Below are positions 28,667-39,224 of a stretch of DNA of 64,000 nucleotides, in pieces. Position numbers and translations under genes: made by a program. Within the stretch, counting starts at the first letter, position 1. Each line of letters starts with the position of its first letter. The notes below the pieces were generated by a model. The model saw only the letters and a program-made list of their open reading frames with translations, did not search any database and was not told the origin of the DNA. Origin of the DNA: an uncultured Capnocytophaga sp. Lineage in GTDB: Bacteria; Bacteroidota; Bacteroidia; Flavobacteriales; Flavobacteriaceae. Location of the stretch: NCBI GenBank assembly GCA_963519425.1, contig CAUQNY010000002.1, positions 2,347 to 66,346 on the forward strand. Direction: 5' to 3'.

Positions 28667-29893
28667 ATGATGAAAAATTTAGTAGACCGTTTTGTTAAAT
28701 ACATTAAGATAGACTCTCAGTCAGATCCAGAGAGTGTTACCACCCCTAGTACTGAAAAGCAATGGAATATGGCTAACCTATTGGTAGAAGAACTTAAAGC
28801 TATAGGATTGGAAGAGGTAACTATCGATGAGAATGCTTATGTGATGGCTACTTTGCCTTCTAATGTGGACTATGAAGTACCTACCATTGGTTTTATCTCT
28901 CACTTTGATACTTCGCCAGATTTTTCGGGAGAGAATGTAAAACCTCAGTTCATAGAAAATTATGATGGTGGCGATATTGTACTGAACAAAGAACAAAATA
29001 TTGTCCTTTCGCCTTCTTATTTTGAGGATTTGTTGCTCTACAAAGGCAATACTATTATTACTACCGATGGAACTACTCTTTTGGGGGCAGATGACAAAGC
29101 AGGTATTGCAGAAATTGTAACTGCTATGGAATACCTCGTACAGCATCCAGAAATTAAACACGGCAAAATACGCGTAGGCTTCACCCCTGATGAGGAAATA
29201 GGTCGCGGGGCTCATAAATTTGATGTGAAAAAATTTGCTGCTGACTGGGCTTATACAATGGACGGTGGGCAAATAGGAGAACTCGAGTATGAGAGTTTCA
29301 ATGCCGCAGGCGCTAAAATTCACTTTAAAGGGAAAAGCGTGCACCCAGGAACGGCTAAAAACAAGATGGTGAACTCAATGCTCATCGCTAATCAGTTTAT
29401 CAGTGCTCTGCCTGCCGATGAGATTCCAGCGCGCACTGAAGGTCGTGAAGGGTTCTACCACATTACCGATATTTCAGGAGATGTAGAGAATACAGTAGTG
29501 CAACTCATTATACGCGACCACGACCGCGATATCTTTAACAAACGCAAAGCTGTAGTACAACAGATTGTAGATGATCTTAACAAACAAATACCAGGGGTAG
29601 CTGTTGCTGAAATCAAAGACCAATACTACAATATGGGTGAGAAAATCAAACCAGTGATGCATATAGTAGAGGTAGCTGAACACGCGATGAAAGAATTGGG
29701 AATTACCCCTATTACTAAACCTATTCGCGGAGGTACTGATGGTTCTCAGCTTAGCTTTATGGGATTGCCTTGCCCTAATATTTTTGCAGGAGGGCACAAT
29801 TTTCACGGGAAATACGAGTTTGTTCCTGTAGAGAATCTAGAAAAAGCTACAGAAGTGATTATCCGCATTGCTGAATTGGTAGCTAAAAAATAA
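28667..29893 (+). CDS. pepT: Peptidase T (tripeptidase)
   Basis: [41 protein letters not shown]. Confidence 0.96.
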   Translation: MMKNLVDRFVKYIKIDSQSDPESVTTPSTEKQWNMANLLVEELKAIGLEEVTIDENAYVMATLPSNVDYEVPTIGFISHFDTSPDFSGENVKPQFIENYDGGDIVLNKEQNIVLSPSYFEDLLLYKGNTIITTDGTTLLGADDKAGIAEIVTAMEYLVQHPEIKHGKIRVGFTPDEEIGRGAHKFDVKKFAADWAYTMDGGQIGELEYESFNAAGAKIHFKGKSVHPGTAKNKMVNSMLIANQFISALPADEIPARTEGREGFYHITDISGDVENTVVQLIIRDHDRDIFNKRKAVVQQIVDDLNKQIPGVAVAEIKDQYYNMGEKIKPVMHIVEVAEHAMKELGITPITKPIRGGTDGSQLSFMGLPCPNIFAGGHNFHGKYEFVPVENLEKATEVIIRIAELVAKK

Positions 29894-29896
29894 GAT

Positions 29897-29968
29897 GATT
29901 AGCCAATGTGTCGATTAGCTGATGTGTTAATTGATAGATTGGCTAATTTGCTAATTAACTAATTGACA
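29897..29968. repeat. 8-bp-period degenerate tandem array (9 units)
   Basis: gattagcc aatgtgtc gattagct gatgtgtt aattgata gattggct aatttgct aattaact aattgaca; contains the inverted pair attagccaat / attggctaat. Confidence 0.75.
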
Positions 29969-29977
29969 GACGAACTT

Positions 29978-31180
29978 ATGCCTACAATATCGCATAGAGC
30001 CCAAATATTGCCCCAATCTCCTATTAGGAAGCTCACACCGTATGCTGAAAAAGCTGTGAAAGAGGGGAAAAAAATCTATCACTTGAACATCGGTCAGCCT
30101 GATATCAAAACACCAGAAATAGCCATACAGGCAGTGAAGGATTTTACGCCTACTGTCTTGGAATACACTAAGAGCGAAGGGATTAACTCGTTGCGCGAAA
30201 AGGTGGTAGAGTACTACCAAAAGCACGATATTCAGGTGGATAGTAGCGATATTATTATCACTTGTGGCGGCTCAGAAGCTCTTACTTATGTAGTGGCAAC
30301 AGTGGCTAATGCCGATGATGAAATCATTATTCCTGAGCCATACTACGCGAACTACATCAGTTTTTCGGAAGCTTTTGATGCGGTATGTGTGCCTATTACC
30401 TCATCATTTGACAATAATTTTGCCTTGCCTCCTATTGAGGAATTTGAGAAGAAAATTACGCCTAGGACAAAAGCTTTCTTGATATGTAACCCAGGGAACC
30501 CTACTGGCTATTTGTACTCTAAAGAGGAAATTATGCAGTTGGCAGCCATAGCTAAGAAGCACGATCTTTTTCTGATTTTTGATGAGGTATACCGCGAGTT
30601 TGTGTACGATGGTGCTACCCATTATTCTATTATGCAAGTAGAAGGAATTGAACAAAACGCTATAATGATAGATTCAGTTTCTAAACGCTTCAGTATGTGT
30701 GGTGCTCGCATAGGATGGGTAGTTTCTAAGAATAAAGCTGTGATGAAGTCAATTCTGAAGTTTGCGCAAGCCCGCTTGTCGCCTCCTACTTATTCGCAAA
30801 TTGCTGCTGAACGAGCTTTTGATGTTCCTGAAACCTACTTTACAGAAGTGCTGGACGAATACACTCAACGGCGAAATGTTCTTATTGAAGCATTGCAAAA
30901 AATAGAAGGAGTGAGGGTTTCGATGCCTAAAGGAGCTTTCTATTGTATAGCTGAACTTCCTGTAGAAAATGCAGAAGATTTCTGCATCTGGTTATTGGAC
31001 AAATACTCGTTGAACAACGAGACCGTGATGTTAGCTCCAGCAGAGGGTTTTTATGCTACTTCGGGCTTAGGCAGGAATCAAGTGCGCATAGCTTATGTGT
31101 TGGAAAAAGAGAAGATAGTTAAGGCTATTCGTATTCTAGGAGAAGCCCTTAAAGCATATTCAACAGAGAGACCTCTTTGA
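29978..31180 (+). CDS. Class I/II PLP-dependent (aspartate-type) aminotransferase
   Basis: LNIGQPD, NPGNPTG, DEVY, DSVSKRFSMCGARIG (PLP Lys); start at ATG 29978. Confidence 0.92.
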   Translation: MPTISHRAQILPQSPIRKLTPYAEKAVKEGKKIYHLNIGQPDIKTPEIAIQAVKDFTPTVLEYTKSEGINSLREKVVEYYQKHDIQVDSSDIIITCGGSEALTYVVATVANADDEIIIPEPYYANYISFSEAFDAVCVPITSSFDNNFALPPIEEFEKKITPRTKAFLICNPGNPTGYLYSKEEIMQLAAIAKKHDLFLIFDEVYREFVYDGATHYSIMQVEGIEQNAIMIDSVSKRFSMCGARIGWVVSKNKAVMKSILKFAQARLSPPTYSQIAAERAFDVPETYFTEVLDEYTQRRNVLIEALQKIEGVRVSMPKGAFYCIAELPVENAEDFCIWLLDKYSLNNETVMLAPAEGFYATSGLGRNQVRIAYVLEKEKIVKAIRILGEALKAYSTERPL

Positions 31181-31270
31181 AGACTCTCTTTTTCTTTTGA
31201 TTATTAATGTTTTAAGAAGTAGGCTTTAAAAAAAATACAAAAAAACTACTTTTGTTAAAAAAATAATTCG

Positions 31271-31278
31271 TACCTTTG
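31271..31278 (+). promoter_or_regulatory. -7 promoter element of pfkA-gap
   Basis: TACCTTTG 24 bp before ATG 31302. Confidence 0.75.
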
Positions 31279-31301
31279 AGGCGAAATTTGAAATAAAGAC
31301 A

Positions 31302-32282
31302 ATGTCAGTAAAAAAAATAGCTGTATTAACATCAGGGGGAGATGCCCCTGGAATGAACGCCGCCATTCGTGCCGTAGTGCGTACTTGCGCCTATCATAAG
31401 ATAGAAGTAGTAGGAGTGTACCGCGGTTACCAAGGGATTATTGAAGGCGACTTTAAAGAGATGAATGCACGTAGTGTGCGCGATATTATCAACAAAGGAG
31501 GTACCATTCTCAAATCAGCCCGTTCTAAGGATTTTAGAACTCCTGAAGGAAGAAAAGTAGCTTATGAAAAATTAGTAGCTGCAGGAGTAGACTCTCTTAT
31601 CGTTATTGGTGGAGATGGGTCTTTTACAGGAGCTTTGCTTTTCAACAAAGAGTTTGGTTTTCCTGTAATGGGAATTCCAGGTACGATTGACAATGATATC
31701 TATGGAACAGACTTTACCTTGGGCTACGATACAGCTTTGAATACTGTTATCGATGCTATCGATAAGATTAGAGATACCGCTAGCTCTCACAACCGTTTGT
31801 TCTTCATTGAAGTAATGGGACGCGATGCAGGGCATATTGCCTTGAACTCAGGTATTGGGGCAGGAGCTGAAGAAATTCTTATTCCTGAAGAGAATATAGG
31901 ATTAGAAAGACTTTTGCACTCTTTGGAAAAGAGCCGTAGCACAGGAAAAACATCTAGCTTGGTAGTCGTAGCAGAAGGAGACAAGATAGGCAAAAACGTT
32001 TTTGAACTGAAAGAGTATGTAGAGCAACACCACCCTGATTACGATGTACGAGTATCGGTATTAGGCCATATGCAGCGTGGAGGATCACCTTCTTGCTTTG
32101 ACCGTGTTTTGGCGAGCCGTATGGGTGTGAAGGCAGTAGAGTCTCTTTTGGAAGGCAAATCAAACTATATGGTGGGTATTCGCAATACTAAAATGGAGCT
32201 TTGCCCACTAGAGAAAGCTATCAAAGGAAGTTCTAAAATAGATGTAGAACTGCTTCGTGTGGCCGAAATTATGGCTACTTAG
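31302..32282 (+). CDS. pfkA: ATP-dependent 6-phosphofructokinase
   Basis: TSGGDAPGMNAA, IGGDGS, PGTIDND, EVMGR, LGHMQRGG. Confidence 0.97.
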   Translation: MSVKKIAVLTSGGDAPGMNAAIRAVVRTCAYHKIEVVGVYRGYQGIIEGDFKEMNARSVRDIINKGGTILKSARSKDFRTPEGRKVAYEKLVAAGVDSLIVIGGDGSFTGALLFNKEFGFPVMGIPGTIDNDIYGTDFTLGYDTALNTVIDAIDKIRDTASSHNRLFFIEVMGRDAGHIALNSGIGAGAEEILIPEENIGLERLLHSLEKSRSTGKTSSLVVVAEGDKIGKNVFELKEYVEQHHPDYDVRVSVLGHMQRGGSPSCFDRVLASRMGVKAVESLLEGKSNYMVGIRNTKMELCPLEKAIKGSSKIDVELLRVAEIMAT

Positions 32283-32299
32283 TATCAATTAGCAAATAA

Positions 32300-33319
<1,020 letters not shown>

Positions 33320-33324
33320 TTTAT

Positions 33325-33364
33325 AAAAGGTGAGTAGTCCTTTTGGACTCACTCACCTTTTTTT
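33325..33364 (+). terminator. Intrinsic terminator after gap
   Basis: aaaaggtgagtagtcc-tttt-ggactcactcacc followed by a T tract. Confidence 0.8.
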
Positions 33365-33401
33365 ACTAAGTTCAAAAAACAACTTTAAAAACCGAAACAA
33401 T

Positions 33402-34259
33402 ATGATTTTAATTGTAGATAGTGGGGCTACCAAAGCAGACTGGACAGCCTTGAACAGCAAAGGGGAAAAAGTATTCTTTACTCAAACCTTAGGCTTGAAC
33501 CCTGAAGTACTTACTGAAGAAATTCTTGTAGAACGTATCACCACCAACTACCAACTTTTTGAAAACAGAAATTCAGTATCAGAAATTTACTTCTATGGAG
33601 CTGGTTGTGGTACTGAGCGCATTCGTTATTTTGTAGAACGCAGCTTGGCAACCATCTTTAAAAATGCTAAAATAGATGTGAAAGAAGATACTTATGCAGC
33701 TGTGTTTGCAACTACCAATCCTAGTGAAAAAGCGATTGTTTGTATTTTAGGAACTGGTTCTAACTGCTCTTTCTGGAATGGTAAAGACCTTTATCAAGCC
33801 GTAGACTCGTTGGGCTACATTTTAATGGACGAATCAAGTGGTAACTACTATGGCAAACGCCTTATCATTGATTACTTTTTCAAGAAAATGCCTGCAGACC
33901 TCGTTCAGAAGTTTGAAAGCCAATACGAATTGAGTTCTGATGTAATCAAGAATCACCTTTATAAAATGCCAAACCCTAACAGCTATTTGGCTACTTTTGC
34001 AAAGTTTGTGGTAGAAAACAAAAATCACGAATATTGCCGTGCTATGGTGAGAAAAGGTATGCAACTATTTGTAGATCACTGGATTTCTCAATATGAAGAA
34101 CGTTATGAAGTGCCAATTAACTTTGTAGGTAGTATTGCTTTCTTCCTACAAGATATTTTGGAAGAAGTGTTGGCAGAGAACAAACTAAAATTGGGAACTG
34201 TACTTAGAAAACCAATTGATGGTTTAGTAGCTTTCCACGTAAATAAGTATTTTAAATAG
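33402..34259 (+). CDS. BadF/BadG/BcrA-type sugar kinase (putative N-acetylglucosamine kinase)
   Basis: MILIVDSGATK, YFYGAGC, ILGTGSN, SLGYILMDE.SG, FVGSIA; start at ATG 33402. Confidence 0.8.
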   Translation: MILIVDSGATKADWTALNSKGEKVFFTQTLGLNPEVLTEEILVERITTNYQLFENRNSVSEIYFYGAGCGTERIRYFVERSLATIFKNAKIDVKEDTYAAVFATTNPSEKAIVCILGTGSNCSFWNGKDLYQAVDSLGYILMDESSGNYYGKRLIIDYFFKKMPADLVQKFESQYELSSDVIKNHLYKMPNPNSYLATFAKFVVENKNHEYCRAMVRKGMQLFVDHWISQYEERYEVPINFVGSIAFFLQDILEEVLAENKLKLGTVLRKPIDGLVAFHVNKYFK

Positions 34260-34281
34260 GAATTTAATTCATACTTTCTAT

Positions 34282-34319
34282 AAAAATAGAGGCTGCCTTA
34301 AAAAGCAGCCTCTATTTTT
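34282..34319. terminator. Bidirectional intrinsic terminator
   Basis: aaaaatagaggctgc...gcagcctctattttt between convergent genes. Confidence 0.88.
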
Positions 34320-34330
34320 GTGTTTGTTTT

Positions 34331-34945
34331 TTAAAACAAACCATATAATAATCCGTCTATTTTATTGATAATGTCTCCCAAGTCCTCAGGATTGTCTACA
34401 AAGTTGATGTTGTCTACATCAATGATGAGTAGTTTTCCTTTGTGGTAGTCTTTAATCCATTGTTCATAACGTTGGTTTAGTCGGTTGAGGTAGTCGATAG
34501 AGATGGTATTTTCGTACTCTCTACCACGTTTTTGTATTTGTTTTACTAAGTTTGGGACGGAGCTTCTGAGGTAAATAAGCAAGTCTGGAGGGAGAACCAG
34601 ACGTTCCATCAAGGCAAAAAGTGATTTGTAGTTTTCAAAATCACGGCTGCTCATCAGTCCCATTTCGTGTAAGTTTGGGGCGAATATGTGAGCGTCCTCA
34701 TAGATGGTACGGTCTTGAATAATATCATTTCCTTTTTCTCTAAAATCTAAAATTTGCCTAAATCGGCTATTCAAGAAATAGATTTGCAAATTAAAACTCC
34801 AACGTTCCATTTGGTGGTAGAAATCATCTAAGTAGGGATTGTCTACTACATCTTCAAAATGGGCTTCCCATTGATAATGTTTGGCTAATAGGGCGGTTAG
34901 GGTAGTCTTGCCAGCTCCTATGTTTCCTGCAATAGCTATGTGCAT
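34331..34945 (-). CDS. Deoxynucleoside kinase
   Basis: AGNIGAGKTT P-loop, LQIYFL..R, QDRTIYED, RGREYE. Confidence 0.93.
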   Translation of the reverse strand: MHIAIAGNIGAGKTTLTALLAKHYQWEAHFEDVVDNPYLDDFYHQMERWSFNLQIYFLNSRFRQILDFREKGNDIIQDRTIYEDAHIFAPNLHEMGLMSSRDFENYKSLFALMERLVLPPDLLIYLRSSVPNLVKQIQKRGREYENTISIDYLNRLNQRYEQWIKDYHKGKLLIIDVDNINFVDNPEDLGDIINKIDGLLYGLF

Positions 34946-34950
34946 TTCTA

Positions 34951-35436
34951 CTATTGTTTCTCGATGTCTTCACGCAAACATCTAATCATTGATGTGTTTT
35001 TAATTTCTTGTATTACAAACGAACTTTGTATGTTTGCAATGATTTCTAATTTTGAAATTTTGTGTACAACAAAACGCTGGTAGTCATCCATATCGTCTAA
35101 CACTAACTTCAGCAAAAAGTCGTAACCTCCTGCCATATAAGAAGCTTCTAATACTTCGTCTAAAGTAGCAATATACTTTTCAAACTCTTCGAACAGCTCT
35201 CCATTGTGGCGCAAAAGCTTCACTTGGCAATAAGCTATTAGTTTTTTTCCTAACATTTTAGGGTTTACTACTGCTACATAGTTCTGGATGATTCCCAAAG
35301 TTTCTAATTTCTTAATGCGTTCGTGCACAGGAGTGATAGACAATCGCACTTTCTCAGCTAATTTTTTGATGGATTGCTTGCTGTCTTGTTGTAGTTCATC
35401 CAGCAACATCAAATCAATCTGGTCTAATGTATACAT
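34951..35436 (-). CDS. Lrp/AsnC family transcriptional regulator
   Basis: LDQID..LL.ELQ.D, HTH LS.TPVHERIKKLE..GII, MAGGYDFLL; start at ATG 35436. Confidence 0.92.
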   Translation of the reverse strand: MYTLDQIDLMLLDELQQDSKQSIKKLAEKVRLSITPVHERIKKLETLGIIQNYVAVVNPKMLGKKLIAYCQVKLLRHNGELFEEFEKYIATLDEVLEASYMAGGYDFLLKLVLDDMDDYQRFVVHKISKLEIIANIQSSFVIQEIKNTSMIRCLREDIEKQ

Positions 35437-35593
35437 ATTTATGATAAAAATTATTGGGGTAAAGGTAAAAAATATTTTTAACATAAGAAGCGAATTTAGT
35501 AAAAAAATTTCAGGTACATCTTTTAATCAACTGTTTGTCAGAGAAGTATAAAATAACTTATGTGATAGGTTTGTTTATATCATTTAATTATCG

Positions 35594-35601
35594 TAGCTTT
35601 G
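35594..35601 (+). promoter_or_regulatory. -7 promoter element (TAGCTTTG)
   Basis: TAnnTTTG 30 bp before ATG 35631. Confidence 0.7.
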
Positions 35602-35630
35602 CAGAACTATTTATATAATACATTTCTAAG

Positions 35631-36713
35631 ATGAACGAAATAGACTACAAGTTTGTACATCCTGATTTTAGAATTAATGGCTTTCCCATTGATAGAGAGC
35701 GACTCATAGTTTTGGCGGTGGCCTATGTAAAAGACGGCTTGCCTTACCGGAAATCAGTAGGACGTTTCTTGCTAGATTGGTTGGACGACCGCGATTATGT
35801 GGAAGCTACTACCTCTGGCTCTACAGGCATCCCTAAGCAAATCAAACTCAAAAAACAAAGTATGGTCAATTCTGCCTTAGCAACAGGCGAATACCTGAAA
35901 TTATCTCCTAAAAATAGGGCTTTGTTCTGCTTGCCTGCTGACTTTATTGCGGGTAAAATGATGCTGATTCGTGCTATTGTGTTGGGACTGCATTTGGATA
36001 TCATTCGTCCTTCTTCTATGCCGCTGTCTCTCACCAGCAAAAATTACGACTTCTGCGCAATGATTCCGTTGCAAGCTGCTAAATCGCTAACAGATCTTCC
36101 TCGAGTGAAAAAGGTTATTTTGGGGGGAGCCTCTATTGATGGCGAGTTGGAAGCTAAACTACAAAATATCTCTACCCAAGTGTTCTCTTCTTATGGAATG
36201 ACAGAAACTATTTCGCACATCGCAATGCGTCGTGTGAACCATACTGAAGAGCCAGAAACTACCTATAAAGCTCTTCCTAATGTGATTTTTACCCAAGATG
36301 ACCGCAGTTGTTTGGTTATCAATGCGCCTCTTATCGCAGACCACCCGGTGATAACTAATGACATTGTACATTTGGTTTCCCACTCGGAGTTTGAATGGTT
36401 AGGTCGTTTTGACAATATCATCAACTCTGGAGGCTTTAAAGTTTTCCCTGAAAGTGTAGAGCGCAAAATTAAAAAGTATCTTCACGGCGACTATTTCATT
36501 TCTAAAGAACCAGATGATGAGTTAGGTCAAAAGGCAGTGCTCTACGTACAAGGAGACGAAAAGGAATATCCTACCTTGGCTCACGATATATATATGGACA
36601 AAGAAGTGCTCAAATATGAAGTACCTCGACAAATTTACTTCGTTCCTGAATTTGTTTACACAGACAATCAGAAAATTAGGAGAGAAGAGACTGTGAAAAA
36701 ATACCAAAAATAA
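35631..36713 (+). CDS. menE: AMP-binding enzyme, O-succinylbenzoate-CoA ligase-like (Bacteroidota short form)
   Basis: TSGSTG.PK, YGMTETISH, TND, GRFDNIINSGG.KV.PE. Confidence 0.75.
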   Translation: MNEIDYKFVHPDFRINGFPIDRERLIVLAVAYVKDGLPYRKSVGRFLLDWLDDRDYVEATTSGSTGIPKQIKLKKQSMVNSALATGEYLKLSPKNRALFCLPADFIAGKMMLIRAIVLGLHLDIIRPSSMPLSLTSKNYDFCAMIPLQAAKSLTDLPRVKKVILGGASIDGELEAKLQNISTQVFSSYGMTETISHIAMRRVNHTEEPETTYKALPNVIFTQDDRSCLVINAPLIADHPVITNDIVHLVSHSEFEWLGRFDNIINSGGFKVFPESVERKIKKYLHGDYFISKEPDDELGQKAVLYVQGDEKEYPTLAHDIYMDKEVLKYEVPRQIYFVPEFVYTDNQKIRREETVKKYQK

Positions 36714-36725
36714 GGGGAGACCTGT

Positions 36726-38552
36726 ATGAAACTGAAGAGATTTTTCCCTTACATTCTGCCGTACAAGAAACAGGCAATTTTAAACATATTCTTTAATATC
36801 CTCTACTCGCTATTCAGCGCACTGTCGTTTGTAGCTCTTATTCCAATGTTGGACGTGCTTTTTGGCAAGGCGCAAACAGTCGGGAAGATGCCTATTTATT
36901 CTGGCAACCTTTCAGATTTAGGTAACTACGGGAAGGCCTATTTGAACTACAAAGTAGGGAGTATGGTAGGCGATAACACTATTGATGCTCTGGCTATTGT
37001 CATCGCCTTGGTGCTTTCGCTCTTCTTGCTCAAGAACTTGTTTGGCTACTTAGCCTCGTTTTTCATCACTTATTTGCGCAATGGGGTATTGCGCGATTTG
37101 CGCGATAGCTTGTATAAGAAAATAGTACACCAGCCTATCGCTTTCTTTTCTGAACAACGCAAAGGAGACCTCATTTCCAGAATGGTAGGCGATGTAAATG
37201 AAGTGCAGTACTCTTTGCTTTCGGGTTTAGAGTCTTTTGTGCGTGAACCCTTAACTATCATTTTTTCTATTTTGGTGATGCTGGGCATCAGTGTTAAACT
37301 GACTGTTTTCACTTTTGTGTTCATTCCAATAGCTGCTGCTGTAATTTCTAAGATAGGCAAATCATTGAAAAGAGATTCTATTCAAGTGCAACAGGAGCAA
37401 GGCAGATTTCTTTCGCTTATAGAGGAGACCATCGGTGGGCTGAGAGTAATAAAGGCATTCAATGCTGAGGCTATTTTCTCTAAAAAATTTAGTGATTCTA
37501 GCAATGCCTTCACTAAACTGAGCAATAAGGTGATGAATAGGCAAAACTTAGGCTCGCCAATGAGTGAGTTTCTCGGTATCCTGATGATAGCTGTGCTTTT
37601 GTGGTTTGGAGGTTCGCTGGTGTTGGTAGACAAAACTTTGGAAGGAACTCAATTCATTGCTTTTATGGGTTTGGCCTACAATATTCTCACCCCTGCAAAA
37701 GCCATTAGCAAGGCTTCGTACGATATGCGTAAAGGGAATGCTGCTGCAGAGCGCATTCTTGAAATCTTGGATTACGAGAATCCTATCAAAGAGAAGGAAA
37801 ATGCTGTGGCAATGAAAGATTTCAGACAGTCTATCCAATTGAAGAATGTTACTTTTGCTTATGAAGAACAACCTGTACTACGCGACTTTTCGTTAGAAAT
37901 ACCTAAAGGCAAAACTATTGCTTTGGTAGGTCAGTCGGGGAGTGGGAAGAGTACGATAGCTAACCTCATCACTCGATTTTATGATGTAAATGAGGGACAG
38001 GTACTCATTGATGGTGTAGATGTAAGTGAGATGCAAACTGCCTCGTTGCGCACTTTGATAGGGGTAGTGTCGCAAGATTCTATTCTCTTCAACGATACTA
38101 TTAAAAACAATCTTCTGATAGGTAAACCCGATGCCACAGATGAGGAGTTGGTAGCTGCAGCTAAGATAGCCAATGCCTATGAGTTTATTCAAGACCTGCC
38201 CGAGGGCTTTAATACTACTATCGGTGATGCGGGAAGCAAGCTCAGCGGTGGACAAAAACAACGATTGAGCATCGCTAGGGCAGTGCTTAAAAATCCGCCT
38301 ATAATGGTTTTGGACGAGGCTACCTCTGCCTTGGATACGGAAAGCGAACGACTTGTACAAAGTGCCTTGGAGAATATGATGAAGAACCGTACTTCGGTAG
38401 TTATCGCTCACCGATTATCGACAATCCAGAATGCAGATCTTATTGTTGTAATGCAAAAAGGGAAGATAGTGGAGCAAGGTACCCACGCTGCCCTAATGCA
38501 GCAACAGGGGATGTATCAGCGATTGGTAGAAATGCAATCGTTTGAAAGTTAA
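36726..38552 (+). CDS. MsbA-like ABC exporter (fused TMD-NBD)
   Basis: N-terminal TMD, GQSGSGKST, LSGGQKQRL, LDEATSALD, IAHRLST. Confidence 0.9.
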   Translation: MKLKRFFPYILPYKKQAILNIFFNILYSLFSALSFVALIPMLDVLFGKAQTVGKMPIYSGNLSDLGNYGKAYLNYKVGSMVGDNTIDALAIVIALVLSLFLLKNLFGYLASFFITYLRNGVLRDLRDSLYKKIVHQPIAFFSEQRKGDLISRMVGDVNEVQYSLLSGLESFVREPLTIIFSILVMLGISVKLTVFTFVFIPIAAAVISKIGKSLKRDSIQVQQEQGRFLSLIEETIGGLRVIKAFNAEAIFSKKFSDSSNAFTKLSNKVMNRQNLGSPMSEFLGILMIAVLLWFGGSLVLVDKTLEGTQFIAFMGLAYNILTPAKAISKASYDMRKGNAAAERILEILDYENPIKEKENAVAMKDFRQSIQLKNVTFAYEEQPVLRDFSLEIPKGKTIALVGQSGSGKSTIANLITRFYDVNEGQVLIDGVDVSEMQTASLRTLIGVVSQDSILFNDTIKNNLLIGKPDATDEELVAAAKIANAYEFIQDLPEGFNTTIGDAGSKLSGGQKQRLSIARAVLKNPPIMVLDEATSALDTESERLVQSALENMMKNRTSVVIAHRLSTIQNADLIVVMQKGKIVEQGTHAALMQQQGMYQRLVEMQSFES

Positions 38553-38580
38553 GAACCTAATTACAAAAGTCTGATAACTT

Positions 38581-38621
38581 AAAGCACAAAATGATGATAA
38601 ATATTGTTTTGTGCTTTTTTT
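38581..38621 (+). terminator. Intrinsic terminator after the ABC exporter
   Basis: aaagcacaaaatgat...attgttttgtgc followed by a T tract. Confidence 0.75.
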
Positions 38622-38717
38622 GTTTTATACTTGATAGTTACGTAAAGACTGTTTGGCACTGTTAGCGTTTCGTTTGAAGTTAGAGTTTAGCCTCTTGCTA
38701 TTTTAGTTTTTTTGTTC

Positions 38718-38725
38718 TATCTTTG
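38718..38725 (+). promoter_or_regulatory. -7 promoter element (TATCTTTG)
   Basis: 20 bp before ATG 38745 of the pseudogene. Confidence 0.65.
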
Positions 38726-38744
38726 TCCCATTAAACTTGAAAAT

Positions 38745-39173
38745 ATGGCACCTACTGTTTAGGGGCTATTGCTGGAGATGTAATAGGTTTTGTGTATGAG
38801 TTTGATAATGACTACTTCGTTTCTACTATTTAAAGCGGGCACAACTTTTACTTATTACATAGTGATAATACTGGCCGTGGTGGAGGCGATGCTCTATGAC
38901 AAAGACTTTTTTCCAACAATGTTTGACTATGGGAATCATTATCTCAACAGAGGGTATAGAGGCAGGTTTGCTTGGTGGTTAGCCTTCAAAAGGCCTTTGG
39001 ATCAGTACAACAGTTGAGTAATAGCTGAGCCTTATAGGTTTTTCTTATAACGACTTGGAGATGGTATTTAAAAAAGCTAAACAGGCAGCTCCTTCAAATA
39101 CCCTGAAGCATCAAAGAGGGCGCAAGCTACGGCTGAAACCATTTTTAGGACGCGTATGGGCAAGACTACTTAG
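38745..39173 (+). pseudogene. Degraded ADP-ribosylglycohydrolase (DraG/ARH family) gene
   Basis: Fragments across frames read MAPTV / LGAIAGDVIGFVYEFDN / FLLFKAGTTFTYYIV..LAVVEAML...YLNRGYRGRFAWWL...YNS* / IGFSYNDLEMVFKKAKQAA / YPE..AQATAETIFRTRMGKT*. These match the ARH motifs GAI.GD..G..YEF, TDD, YGGRF, YNS and HPEG.KGAQA in order. Confidence 0.8.
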
Positions 39174-39224
39174 AAGATAAATTTTGATTAACAGTCCTTT
39201 TAATATGTAATATACTTTTGAACA

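Noticed and set aside
38653..38668. TTGGCAC as a sigma54 promoter
   Set aside because: No GC at the required GG-N10-GC spacing
38790..39017. 75-aa ORF as a standalone small membrane protein
   Set aside because: Better explained as a fragment of the ADP-ribosylglycohydrolase pseudogene
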